A stretch of DNA of 64,000 bases from Haplodiscus bocki (lineage: Eukaryota). The position numbers and the translations under genes are program-made. Below, one piece after another: positions 37,864 to 47,865 of this stretch. Below the pieces are notes generated by a model. It saw nothing but the letters and a program-made list of their open reading frames with translations, ran no database searches and had not been told where the DNA came from. The first letter of the stretch is position 1. Each line of letters begins with the position of its first letter. Location: assembly GCA_965655095.1 (NCBI GenBank), contig OZ296649.1, forward strand, positions 72,850,001 through 72,914,000, in the 5' to 3' direction.

Positions 37864-39864
37864 AGTTTTGGCTTTGTTTTGCCCTCACGATTGGGGGAAT
37901 TGAAATCCGTAAGATTTGTCGGCAAGTTTGACATTAATAGGGGTTGTGCTCGACGCTGTTGCATCGTCGATGCTCTCAACGTTCGATGTTCTGGTGGTGT
38001 TTGTGAAGCAACGCGAAGCTTCGCGGCGGCTTCATCGATGATTTTTCGTTTGCGAGAACGTCCACCAGGTCGGCTTGTTGGGGTGCTGGGGGAAAACGTT
38101 TTGTTTGACAGTCTTTGAGAAACAGGTGAGCTGGAAGGAATACTAGTTCGATTTTCGATGGATGTTGAAGTCGACGTTGGCGTGATTGGTGTGGTTTGTG
38201 CTGAATTTTGGCCGTACGGGAGTGTCGAGGCAGGTGTGTGTGGGACTGTGACTGTCCCCATCGAGGGTGTTGGTATCGCAGGTATAGGACAAGGTTTTGC
38301 GAGGTTACCACCTGAAGAAGACGTTGCTATTGAAGGTGAAAACTGTTGAAGTAACGGTAAAGATGACCACTCGGTGCAGTAGGTATGATGGATGTCGTTC
38401 TGAGGAGTTGAAGGCCTAGGCGTCCGATTTCGAGTTGGTACATTGGAAGTTGAAGTCGCAGGCTCAGGAGTTTTCTCTCTGGTCGGGATGTTCGTTGTGG
38501 GGGGTCTCCTTCGGAATGGTTTCAAACGATCGTAATGTACCACGGATTCTTTTCCTGTACTGACTTCATTGATTTGATAATTTACGTCATTCAAGCATTT
38601 CAGTATAGTGTAAGGACCACGCCATGGGCTAAAAAACTCGGGACTTTGGCCAATCGGTACCACTGGCGTATGTAAAAGCACTTCTTGTCCGTCTCGGTAG
38701 ATGGGGCCATGTACCTTGTGATTATATATGGCGTTACGCCGTCGCTGATTCTTGTTAAGGTTGTCGCGGACCAACGCAAATGCTAGCTGAAAAGCTTGTT
38801 TTCTCTGATGGACAAACTCATGAACATTATTTGTACAATCGGATTCTGGGCTCGGGAACATGAGATCAAAAGGTAATGAAGTTTCTCGACCATGCACCAA
38901 GAATTGTGGGGTGCATCCTGTGGATTCATGCACCGAGGATCGATATGCCATCATGACGTAAGGGAGTTGTTGTGACCAGTTGTTTTGCTCTGCGTTTATG
39001 CACTTCGCCAGCATGTTTTGGAAGGTGCAGTTCATACGCTCAATGACCGCATTAGACTGATGGTGGAAGGCTGTCGTACGAGACTTGTCTATCCCGAGAA
39101 GAGATAGTAGGTTCTTGAAAAGTAGAGTTTCAAAATTGCGTCCTTGATCACTGTGTATGCTATGTGGACAACCGAAGCGACTAATCCAATGTTCTATCAA
39201 TGCAGTGGCAGTTGTTGATGCCCTCTGGTCCGGTAGTGGTACAGCTTCATACCATTTAGTGAAGTAATCGCCAATCAAGAGGATGACTTTGTGTCCGTTG
39301 GATTCCGGTAACGGTCCCATGAAGTCAATGCCAATGTGGTGGAAGGGATAGCTAGCTTTCCAATCTACAAGAGCATGGCGATGTGTTTTTGGTGGGTTGC
39401 TTCTTTTTCGACAATGGGGACAACGACTGATAAAAAGTTTCACATCTTCTTGGAAACCGGGCCAATAAAATCTTTGCCTAATTTTTTCGGTAACCTTGGC
39501 TACACCTAAGTGTCCACCAGTTGAAGTCGAGTGAGTGGATCTCAAAAGTTCCTCTACCAAACTCTGCGGAACTATTTGTTGAAGAAAAGAAACGCGATCG
39601 TCTGTGGGGTCAAATTTACGAGAAAGTACTCCGTCGGAGATACAAAGGCTGCTAAATTGATTGTAAAGTTGCCAAGCTAGCCGTGGACTACCCTGGAGGT
39701 CGTTGTTTCTTGGTACACGTGACTGTCGAACCCAATCTTTGACCAACTTCAATGATTCGTCTCCATCTTGCGCAATTCGGATATTTTTAGTGAATGAGGT
39801 GTTCGCATGATCAGTCACACTGTTATTGGGGGCGTCTTGTAACTCCGTGGAGTCCAACATATAC

Positions 39865-40275
39865 ACTGTGAGGCGTATTTGCGAAGTTGCGAACTCCTCC
39901 TTTAATACTTTGCGGACTAGGTGCCATTCTAGTTGGTCGACACCACAACCAAGTTTGGGCATGCTGATTGCTTTGACATCATTGTCTTCCGCATGACGTC
40001 GAAGAGCCGCTAGAGACGTTCACAAGGAGCAATATGTTGGTTTGTGGAAAAATTGAAACTTGGTTAGTAGATGGTAGATGTATCGTTGACTTGACTCTAG
40101 AAACTGTGGCCAAAGTGATTTTTGATTCGGAGTGCCAAACTTTGGGTAGTTTGTCGGTTACTTTCGTCGAAAGGTACGGGCGATTCCAGCACTCATCTTG
40201 AAGTCCGAGGAGACACAGTGAGCAAGAGAATCGCTGGAGCTGAAGATATCGTCAACTTTTTCATGGTACCCGAAG
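39865..40275 (-). other. TARG1/OARD1 (Poa1p-like) macrodomain within Pol A
   Basis: DDIFSSSDSLAHCVSSDFKMSAGIARTFRRK...RYIYHLLTK..FFHKPTY...ISMPKLGCGVDQLEW (with two in-frame stops). Confidence 0.88.
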
Positions 40276-42664
40276 GTTTCAACTTCAGTGTACGGATTAG
40301 CCGAGGAAGACGGTTTCCGTGGCTGCGGAGCTTATTGGGGGGTAGTAAGGACTTCAGTTGGTAGCGTGTTAGGGTCAATTCCTGGTTTGGCATTGGGCCA
40401 TTCATCTTCCACCGTTGGCTTGACTTCTGAAAGATCAACCACTTTGGGATCGTGGTGAACTATCAGCACTTCAGCTTGAGGAATGCGGGACAATCCATCG
40501 GCATGTCCAATTGATTTTCCCGGTTTGTGTCGGACCTCGTAGTCAAAGGCGGCCAGTTTCCCGAGCCACCGTGCGGTTAAGCCATCAGGGTCTTTGAAGT
40601 TGTGCAGCCACTGAAGTGCTCGGTGATCCGTAACGATAGTAAACTTGCGACGCAAAAGATAATGTCGAAAATGGCGTGTGAAGTGGACAATTGCCAAAAG
40701 CTCCCGCTTGGTTGCAGAATATCTGGTTTGAGCTTTCGAGAAAGCCGTAGAAGCGTAGCAAATGGCACGTTCTTTGCCATTTTGAACCTGAGCGAGAACA
40801 GCGCCCATTGCAGTCAAGCTTGCGTCTGTGTACAAAATAAAAGGTTCTTTCATTGATGGGAAAGCTAAAATGGGAGTCGTTAGGAGGCGTGCTTGAAGAG
40901 TTTCGAAGGCTGTCTGTGCCTCAGGTGTCCAGCCGAAGGAAGGACTGGACTCGGTTAATTTGTGGAGTGGTCGAGCAATCTCGGCAAAGTTTTCAATATA
41001 ACGGCGGTAATATGAGCAAAGACCCAGAAACGACTTTACTTCTGTTTGACTGGTGGGGATAGGGAATTTTTTTACTGGAGCGATTTTTTCGGGATCTACT
41101 TGTAGACCATCGGCGCTGAGGACATGTCCCAAAAGTGGACTTTTGTTTTGAAGAACTCGCATTTCAGTGGATTTATTTTGAGATTTGCTTCACGAAATCG
41201 TTGGAGTACGACTCGAAGTCTTTCTAAATGCTCCTCAGGGGTTGCGGCAAAGATGATACAATCGTCCAGGTAAGGGACAGTGCTCTTCCACGTCAGACCT
41301 ACAAGGACATGTTCAATTAAACTTTGGAAAGTGTTGGGACTTCCCGTGAGACCCATAGGCATGCGGAGCCATTTGTAAGAGCCAAAAGGGGTGCTAAACG
41401 CTGTGAAGTCTTGGCTCTTTTCCTCCATTGGTAACTGATAAAAGCCCCAGGACATATCAATTGTCGAAAAGAAAGCACTTCCTTCTAATGTGTCGAATAT
41501 TTCTTCAATGGACGGTATGGGCCAACAGGACTTGATGGTTTGTTGATTCAGTTGTCTGTAGTCTATTACTAATCTGAACTTGCCATTTTTCTTTGGGACC
41601 AGCATGGCTGGTGCGCTATACGGACTATGACACGGCGTTATAAGTTCTTTGTCAAGAAACGCGTCTATCTTTTCTCGTAGATCTTGCTTGTAGTGGAGAG
41701 GTAATCTTCGATTCGGTAGTTTGACGGGCTTTGAACCCGGGTAAACATCAGTCTTATGACTTGTGGCATCGCACTCCCCGATGTCCCATTGATTTTTTGA
41801 AAAAACATCTGCGAATTGTTGCATAAGTTCGGCGAATTTATGCCTCATTTTGATGGGTATCGCCGGACTGATTGAGTCTATAACGTGCTTGAGGTCATAC
41901 GACTCATCAATTTCACCTGTTTTTGACTTCGGTGGTGGGGAAACTATGCGGTTCAACGCTTGTTTTGGAAAGATTCAGAGGTACCCAATGTTGTGTTTTC
42001 GTACACCGTAATTACTTCATCCCCGGTATTTTCAATTGTGACCGGTACATTTTCTTCTGCGAAGTTGAAAAGGACGCTGGGGACCACAGCGTTTTTCAAA
42101 GTACTTATTCGTTCCACCGGCTCAAATAGAGCGGGCATTTCCATCAATGGTCGTTGCCATTCTTGTATTCTGGCTGGCAAAATCATGGCATATCCAGCCG
42201 GCACGGAGACTGTTTCCGTCGCTATCACCCGAAAAACTGTGTTCACTTCGTGATTGAGTTTACGGTTATACAATGGTACATGATTCTTGGAATCCAAGCG
42301 AAGCAGATCTTTGGAAAACAAGGCGTCGCATTTGTTAGTCCTCAGGAAGTTGAGTCCCACTAGACACTCTGCTTCCGAATCGATGAGCACGTGAAATTCG
42401 TGCTCGTAGTGTTTAGGACCGATGGTGATCGGTGGGCGAACTGTTCCTCTTGAAGAAATTGGCAGCTTATTTGGAGCCACGAGTTTGGTTTCCGTCGGTA
42501 AAAGTTTCAATTCACCCAATTTTTGGAGCCTATCAAAAACTACTGAGCTGAGGCAAGACACACTTGCTCCACTGTTGCAGACTGCCTCGATGGTTTTACC
42601 GAAAACAGTCAATTTTAGAAACACACTCCTGTGGTCAACCACGGAATTGAGTGTTTGAATTTGT

Positions 42665-42726
42665 GGGCCTATCGTGGTGGTCTTGTCTGCGCGGCGACCC
42701 GTGGGCGTAGACTTTTCTAGTTTAAA
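42665..42726 (-). promoter_or_regulatory. gag-pol -1 ribosomal frameshift signal (UUUAAAC plus H-type pseudoknot)
   Basis: T TTA AAC directly before the gag TAG; 7-nt spacer; stem GTCTACGC/GCGCAGAC; loop GGGTC pairs with downstream GGCCC. The -1 frame is open into the protease. Confidence 0.85.
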
Positions 42727-43874
42727 GAATCATTTCTTTTGGACCTGCAGTCTCTTTGGAAATGACCGGGTTTCAGGCAATTGAAACAAGCCTTGCAGTC
42801 TTTGGAAACATGGTTTGTTCTTTTGCAATGCTTACATGCGCTCTTGTTACTGTCGTGTTCATTGCGCTTCTTGCGCTGGCTACTTGAACCATTGTCCCGA
42901 TTTTGGTTATCAGACCTGCGAAAGTTCGTCCTTCCCCGTTCTTGGGGAGATTGGAACCTAACAGAGCGAGTGCTACTTCTAGAATCATTGCTGAGTGAAT
43001 GTAACCGCTTCATGTTCTTAATCTCATTGGAGCCTGGTTGCACTTGGGTACTTTGCAACTGTGAATTTTGCAAACTTTGGCTCAACAAGCGGACAAGTTC
43101 TTCCAAAGTTTCGTTTGATGTACCCTGTGCTACTCGGTTAACACTTTGTGTGACTGCGGAATTTCCGTTCTCAATTTCTAAAAACGCGTTGAGCTCCATT
43201 GAGGCAGTTAAGGCGTCGTCCGCTGTTTGGGGTTTCGCTTTCCGCAGTTCCCACCGCAGGGTTTTGTCGCTGAGTCCTTCTACAAACGTGGTCAAGACCA
43301 TTGGGTCTATCATTTCAGGAAAATCACGATAGGCACGCCTGGCAAGGGTGCGGACATCGCAGAGGAACCCTGCGATATCTTGCTTTAGTTGCTGCTTCGC
43401 AGCCTCAAGACGTGCTTTCAAAATGTCGCCATTAGTTGTGTAATTCTGTCGGAACGCCACAATCAACAAGTCAAAATTTGTCTGTTGTTCGAACGATAGT
43501 GTTGTGTAGAAGTGAGGGGCGTTTTCCTTCAGGCGAAGAGCAAAGTAATGCGGTCGGTTGACATGAGTGTTGGAGTGCCATCCTGACAAGAGGGCGGCTG
43601 TGTTGAACTGTTGCAAATAATCTTCAAAATCGCTTGTGCCCGTGAAGGACTCAGGCATTAGGCATGAAGGGAGTGGAGTGACGTATGGGAAGCCTCGTCC
43701 TCCTTGTGGACTGCCTGGCATTGCAAAGAAATTTGCACCGGTGGCGGTTGAATTCTGGGTGTTCATTAACCCGCTGGCTTGGTGATTACTTCCGACAGAG
43801 TTACCTGGATTCGTCTGAGAATGTTGTTGTCCTTTTTGGTTAGTAGGAGTCGTTGGAGGAGGTGAGTTTGACAT
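42717..43874 (-). CDS. gag: Gag with two tandem CCHC zinc knuckles
   Basis: Capsid-like region (PESFTG..FEDYLQQF) and CKHCKRTNHVSKDC-KA-CFNCLKPGHFQRDC. Confidence 0.93.
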   Translation of the reverse strand: MSNSPPPTTPTNQKGQQHSQTNPGNSVGSNHQASGLMNTQNSTATGANFFAMPGSPQGGRGFPYVTPLPSCLMPESFTGTSDFEDYLQQFNTAALLSGWHSNTHVNRPHYFALRLKENAPHFYTTLSFEQQTNFDLLIVAFRQNYTTNGDILKARLEAAKQQLKQDIAGFLCDVRTLARRAYRDFPEMIDPMVLTTFVEGLSDKTLRWELRKAKPQTADDALTASMELNAFLEIENGNSAVTQSVNRVAQGTSNETLEELVRLLSQSLQNSQLQSTQVQPGSNEIKNMKRLHSLSNDSRSSTRSVRFQSPQERGRTNFRRSDNQNRDNGSSSQRKKRNEHDSNKSACKHCKRTNHVSKDCKACFNCLKPGHFQRDCRSKRNDSLN

Positions 43875-43909
43875 TTTTATCTCTATTTCTCGTTACAAAA
43901 AAAAATTTT

Positions 43910-44302
43910 TTAGAGTCGGTTCATGCTTCTTGAGGTGGAGTTTATGGGAGCACACTCAGGAAAACCCAAAAAGGATGGATTTGACACATGTAGAGAAAGG
44001 AATTCAATGTGCGAACGCCAAATGTTTGCTAAGTGGGGAAAGAAATGCGCAGACGTTGATTTTACACTAGAAGTTTGAGTGCTGGGAAGAAAAGGGAGCT
44101 GAGGTTGTCCAGTCAGATGTTTCCAATGATGAATTGCTTCCAAGCGAAGATGAATACTCATTTGATGAGGTGTGAACAGAAAATCTGGTAGTTGCGACAA
44201 AGGAATTTTGAAAAACTTTGCTTGGCAAAAGTAATACGGTATAATGTATGTTTCACGAACGGCATTCGAAAACACGGACACAGGAATGCAGAAAGTGAAC
44301 AT
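43910..44302 (-). CDS. Upstream ORF2 of element A (unknown function)
   Basis: Same position as, and aligns with, 47423..47791 (PYYFCQ/PCFFCQ; IHHWKH/IHDTEH; HLANIW/RLARKW). Confidence 0.55.
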   Translation of the reverse strand: MFTFCIPVSVFSNAVRETYIIPYYFCQAKFFKIPLSQLPDFLFTPHQMSIHLRLEAIHHWKHLTGQPQLPFLPSTQTSSVKSTSAHFFPHLANIWRSHIEFLSLHVSNPSFLGFPECAPINSTSRSMNRL

Positions 44303-44335
44303 TTTTCGTGACTAATATTATTTTTTAAAAAAGGT

Positions 44336-44590
44336 TTAATCACTTTTTGAGGTTTGAATGCTTTGACAAGTAACGTTTACACGGTTTACTTCGTACGAAA
44401 GACCGCAAAGCGCTAGGACGATCATCAGCAGCGCGAAAGTTTGGACGATAAACAAAAAAGTCAAAAAACAGATAGAAAACAACGGTCTGGAACGGGCTTC
44501 ATCGTAAGAAGGCGGCGGACCGATCGGTCGGGGGTTTTCATGCGGTAAGACGTACAAGGGCAGATGCGAATGAGGGTGAGAACACGGCAT
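44336..44590 (-). CDS. Upstream ORF1 of element A: PPxY-motif single-pass membrane microprotein
   Basis: HLPLY...PPPSY then a long hydrophobic helix and RVNVTC; homologous to 47105..47356. Confidence 0.7.
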   Translation of the reverse strand: MPCSHPHSHLPLYVLPHENPRPIGPPPSYDEARSRPLFSICFLTFLFIVQTFALLMIVLALCGLSYEVNRVNVTCQSIQTSKSD

Positions 44591-44951
44591 TTACAAAACT
44601 TCACGAAAACGCAATCAAAAAACCAAAAATATCAGAAAAAGAAATTTCGTTTTACCTAAGTACTCACGTGTGTGTCCTATTGCTTAGGGGAATGAAGGAT
44701 ACCGGGTCAGCTTCGCCAAGACTCGCATAAACGCGGGAGAGATGCCAAGAACACGCCGAAGCGGTAAGGACACAGCAAAAGCTGGAAAACTAGGCACGGA
44801 CTAGGTCCGGAGAAAGAGATCTTATCGGCATCACTGGAAAACAATGAACAGGCCAAAGAGAGCTCTACAAGGGAAAATGGGTCTGGGCCGGACAAATAAT
44901 TGGGGAACTAAGTGAATTTTACGATTTTAGAGAGAAATTTTCAACAGAGAT

Positions 44952-44969
44952 ATCCCACTCCTGTCACCA
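44952..44969 (-). promoter_or_regulatory. Primer-binding site, tRNA-Leu type
   Basis: TGGTGACAGGAGTGGGAT one base after the 5' LTR; complementary to a tRNA-Leu-like 3' end (ATCCCACTCCTGTCACCA). Confidence 0.85.
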
Positions 44970-44970
44970 T

Positions 44971-45591
44971 TTTAACAATCCCTTGTTTTCATTCTTTGGA
45001 TTTTATCTTGAAAAGCTCTCGAAATGCGCGGGGCGATTGTTGGGGTTTTATATTTGCTATTTCTTGGCGTTGAAAAGGTGGATATCTCTATTGAAAAACA
45101 AATTTGCAAAAAGAAGAAACGGCTTTAATTATTTCGTGCAATGTTAAGCAAAAACAGTACAAAATTACAGCAGGAGAGAGTCACTTACATTTGGCTGATT
45201 TATTGTTGAATGATTCTGCTCTTTTATTTTCGGTTTCTCCAAGCTGGGTGGTTTCGGGTGCAGGTGTACTTTTTGTCAGACAGATGCTTTTTTCATAAAT
45301 ACTACATTAATTTTAGAAAAATATTTGCGGTAGAGGCAGGTGAAAAGAATTTACAACAAGCGTATAATAATAAAGTATACGAGTACTGTGAAAAATAATA
45401 TTATTTGCAGGTGAATGTAGTATTATTTTACTGCAAAATAGATACAAAAGAAAGAAAAAGAACACGCACATTTAATCAGTTCAGGTGCACTATTGGGACT
45501 TGGGACATATTACTCATATTACTCAGCTACAAGTCTTTCAGTTATTGTAACGCAAATGTATTTTTTTGTTTTTGTTTTTTTAATTGTTATA
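44971..45591 (-). repeat. 5' LTR of element A (contains AT|GTAAGT donor at 45190-45183)
   Basis: Direct repeat of 33300-33920, adjacent to the PBS. Confidence 0.93.
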
Positions 45592-45991
45592 GAAGCAAAA
45601 GTTTCTTAGAATTTCAACTAGTTTGCAATGGTGTTTGTTTGAAACTTCTAGGAAAATCATTATAAAAGTTAGCAATTTTGCACCTCTATGTATTAACATG
45701 GGAGGTTGATATTGCGTCACAACTTTCGATGTTTTAAGTACCTTCTACTCCGTTTTTGTCTACATTTCACATACTGTAAGATACCTTGCATCTACTGATC
45801 ACACTCAGAAGTTGGCAGCTCCCCGGTGTTTACACTATCAAAATGAATGTTCGGCGCGATGGGAAGTCACCTGTCGATTACTGAGCAACACAGCGAAATC
45901 TGCTGCTCTCAAACCGAAATTGTGCTACCGCTCGAAATGAAATCTGCTTTTTGCAAATTTCCTTCAAAATTATTGAATTTATTCTTCAAAG

Positions 45992-46705
45992 TGTAGCGGC
46001 CCTGTATGAACCTGTACGAACATTTTGCAAGCAAATACTTGTCATCCACTTCAGATTAATATTGTCATCTTTTGTCCCCCAGCCCCATAAACAGGCCTCC
46101 TTTAAAACAATCATGTCTCAGCTTTGTATTCAATTAGCCAAGTAAACCCACACTTGAAGTGGCAATCTATCCTATCATAAACCGTCATTTTCATATGTTA
46201 TATTATATTCCAGTCTTAACTTGTTGATTTTCACATGCATCTAAACTTAAAACTAGACCTCAATTTGTAAACTTTCATGTTAATCTAAACCTGAAACAAA
46301 CTTGTAAATTATCTTAAAAACGTGAATCCCCCAACATTCTGCTGTTAATTGTAATCCTGTTTAAAACTTGAATATTCACGAATTCGAAACAAGAAAAAGA
46401 AGCAAAAACAGAAAAATTAGCGATCATTGGAACACTGAAACGAAACAAGAGGAAGCTGCTCGCCAGAGAAGACACAAGAAAGAAAAACTCTGAACAACTG
46501 TGATATTCTGCTGATCATCACTAATGTAAGTGATTTCTATTAAACATTAAAGTAAATTCAATCTTAAAGCAAAATTAGATTTTCTCTTGGAACAATCCCA
46601 AAAGAGTACCTAACACATACAACCGTCCTCGCATCCGAAGTTTTGAAAGAAATGAAAACCCTAAACTCTTGTTGCCAATTTTCCAATAAAATCACGGTTG
46701 TTAAA
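45992..46705 (+). repeat. 5' LTR of element B (AT|GTAAGT donor at 46524-46531; AATAAA at 46685)
   Basis: TGTAGC...TGTTAAA; about 6 differences from the 3' LTR by eye. Confidence 0.95.
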
Positions 46706-46706
46706 G

Positions 46707-46724
46707 TGGTGACAAGGGTGGGAT
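46707..46724 (+). promoter_or_regulatory. Primer-binding site, tRNA-Leu type
   Basis: TGGTGACAAGGGTGGGAT one base after the LTR. Confidence 0.85.
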
Positions 46725-47104
46725 TGTTTTAAGCAAATTAAGTTAAAATTTCTTAACTTAGCGTGATCGTAGCTTTCCAAAAACTGCCTTAAGACCTCTT
46801 TCCCGGGACTTGTCCCGCGCTAACGCTATTTTGTGCTCCACTAGCGAAAACCACTGTAGACGGCAGCTAAGGCCCATAGGTAGGAAAATTGAAATGAGCA
46901 CGGGCAATTAGGAAATTGGAATTATATAAAACGAACTACTCTTCATTACGGTTAGTTTAGTTCTTCATTGAATGATTAACTTGTAGATAACCTAAAATAC
47001 TAATTTTAGATTGTTTTCTCTAACTCTTTTCATAAATAACGCAAATTTTTTTTAATAAAATGACCTGTTTCCAAAGAAGTTTCTCCTTTTTCAAAATTTT
47101 CTAA

Positions 47105-47356
47105 ATGTTCCCTAACCATACTAATCAACTGCCCCTATACCTTTTCAACCAAAACCACGCCGTTGACCCCCCACCCCGTTATTCACGAAGCGACTCCAGG
47201 AGACTACGCCACGATAGCAGCTCTGTTTTCGTCTGTGCGCTTTTCGCATTCTGTGTACTAGCACTCCTCTTTTTGATAGTAATAAGATTAGTCCTCGTGC
47301 GCATACAATTAGATCACGTAGTAGCCAGTTGCACAGCCACTCCGCAAACAAACTGA
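47105..47356 (+). CDS. Upstream ORF1 of element B: PPxY-motif single-pass membrane microprotein
   Basis: QLPLY...DPPPRY then VFVCALFAFCVLALLFLIVIRLVLV and HVVASC. Confidence 0.7.
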   Translation: MFPNHTNQLPLYLFNQNHAVDPPPRYSRSDSRRLRHDSSSVFVCALFAFCVLALLFLIVIRLVLVRIQLDHVVASCTATPQTN

Positions 47357-47422
47357 AGAATTCCTAACAGCACCACAGTGGAAGTCGACTGTTTTTTTCT
47401 TTCCTTTTGATCCCAACACTCA

Positions 47423-47791
47423 ATGCACTCTTTCGTTTCCAAATCAGAAGCCAAATTCTTAGACCCCCAGCATACCCCCACCCAATACCCGTGTTTCTTC
47501 TGTCAAGTCGAATCGTTCGGACTCTTTCAACATTTAGAGAAATATTCTGACCATGCCTGTCAATTTTCACCTCAATTGTCTTTATTCTACTTAACTCTGC
47601 TGCAAATCCACGATACCGAACATAGTACTAACGCTGCTGTCCCAAAGCTTTCAAGTAGAAAACAATTATCGAGAGTGCGTCCCAAATCACTGTTTTATTT
47701 TCGATTAGCTAGAAAGTGGGTAGAAAACTTGCAAATTACTGAAGCCTATTTGATAAATCTGTACCTCAAAAGTGAGAAAACTGAAAGTTGA
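47423..47791 (+). CDS. Upstream ORF2 of element B (CxxC...HxxxH, unknown function)
   Basis: Homologous and syntenic with 43910..44302. Confidence 0.55.
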   Translation: MHSFVSKSEAKFLDPQHTPTQYPCFFCQVESFGLFQHLEKYSDHACQFSPQLSLFYLTLLQIHDTEHSTNAAVPKLSSRKQLSRVRPKSLFYFRLARKWVENLQITEAYLINLYLKSEKTES

Positions 47792-47865
47792 ACTACAATG
47801 TACACCAGTCCTTTAAATTCGCACCTTTCTAACAATAAAAACGATGACGCCGACTGCTAATCATA

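Larger units (their letters stand above)
37860..42726 (-). pseudogene. pol: Pol polyprotein: PR-RT-RNase H-macrodomain-IN
   Basis: AVCNSGAS (mutated protease site); RLVIDYRQLN and YLDD; YTDAS/RELLA/TDH/ADGLSR; macrodomain; HHCC and DDE (IDFMGP, HSDQG, ERMN); GPY motif. Several frameshifts and stops. Confidence 0.95.
33300..45591 (-). mobile_element. Env-bearing Ty3/Gypsy LTR retroelement A (~12.3 kb)
   Basis: Two ~621-bp direct LTRs, PBS, and gag-PR-RT-RH-macro-IN-env-accessory order on the minus strand; 4-bp TSD GAAA (33296-33299) / GAAG (45592-45595) with one mismatch. Confidence 0.96.

Noticed and set aside
36950-43332. Long antisense ORFs over env, pol and gag (e.g. 36950..37570, 42781..43332)
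   Set aside because: Shadow frames of real coding sequence with no motifs, and not conserved at full length in element B.
44952-44969. tRNA gene fragment
   Set aside because: Only 18 nt including CCA, adjacent to an LTR: a primer-binding site, not a gene.
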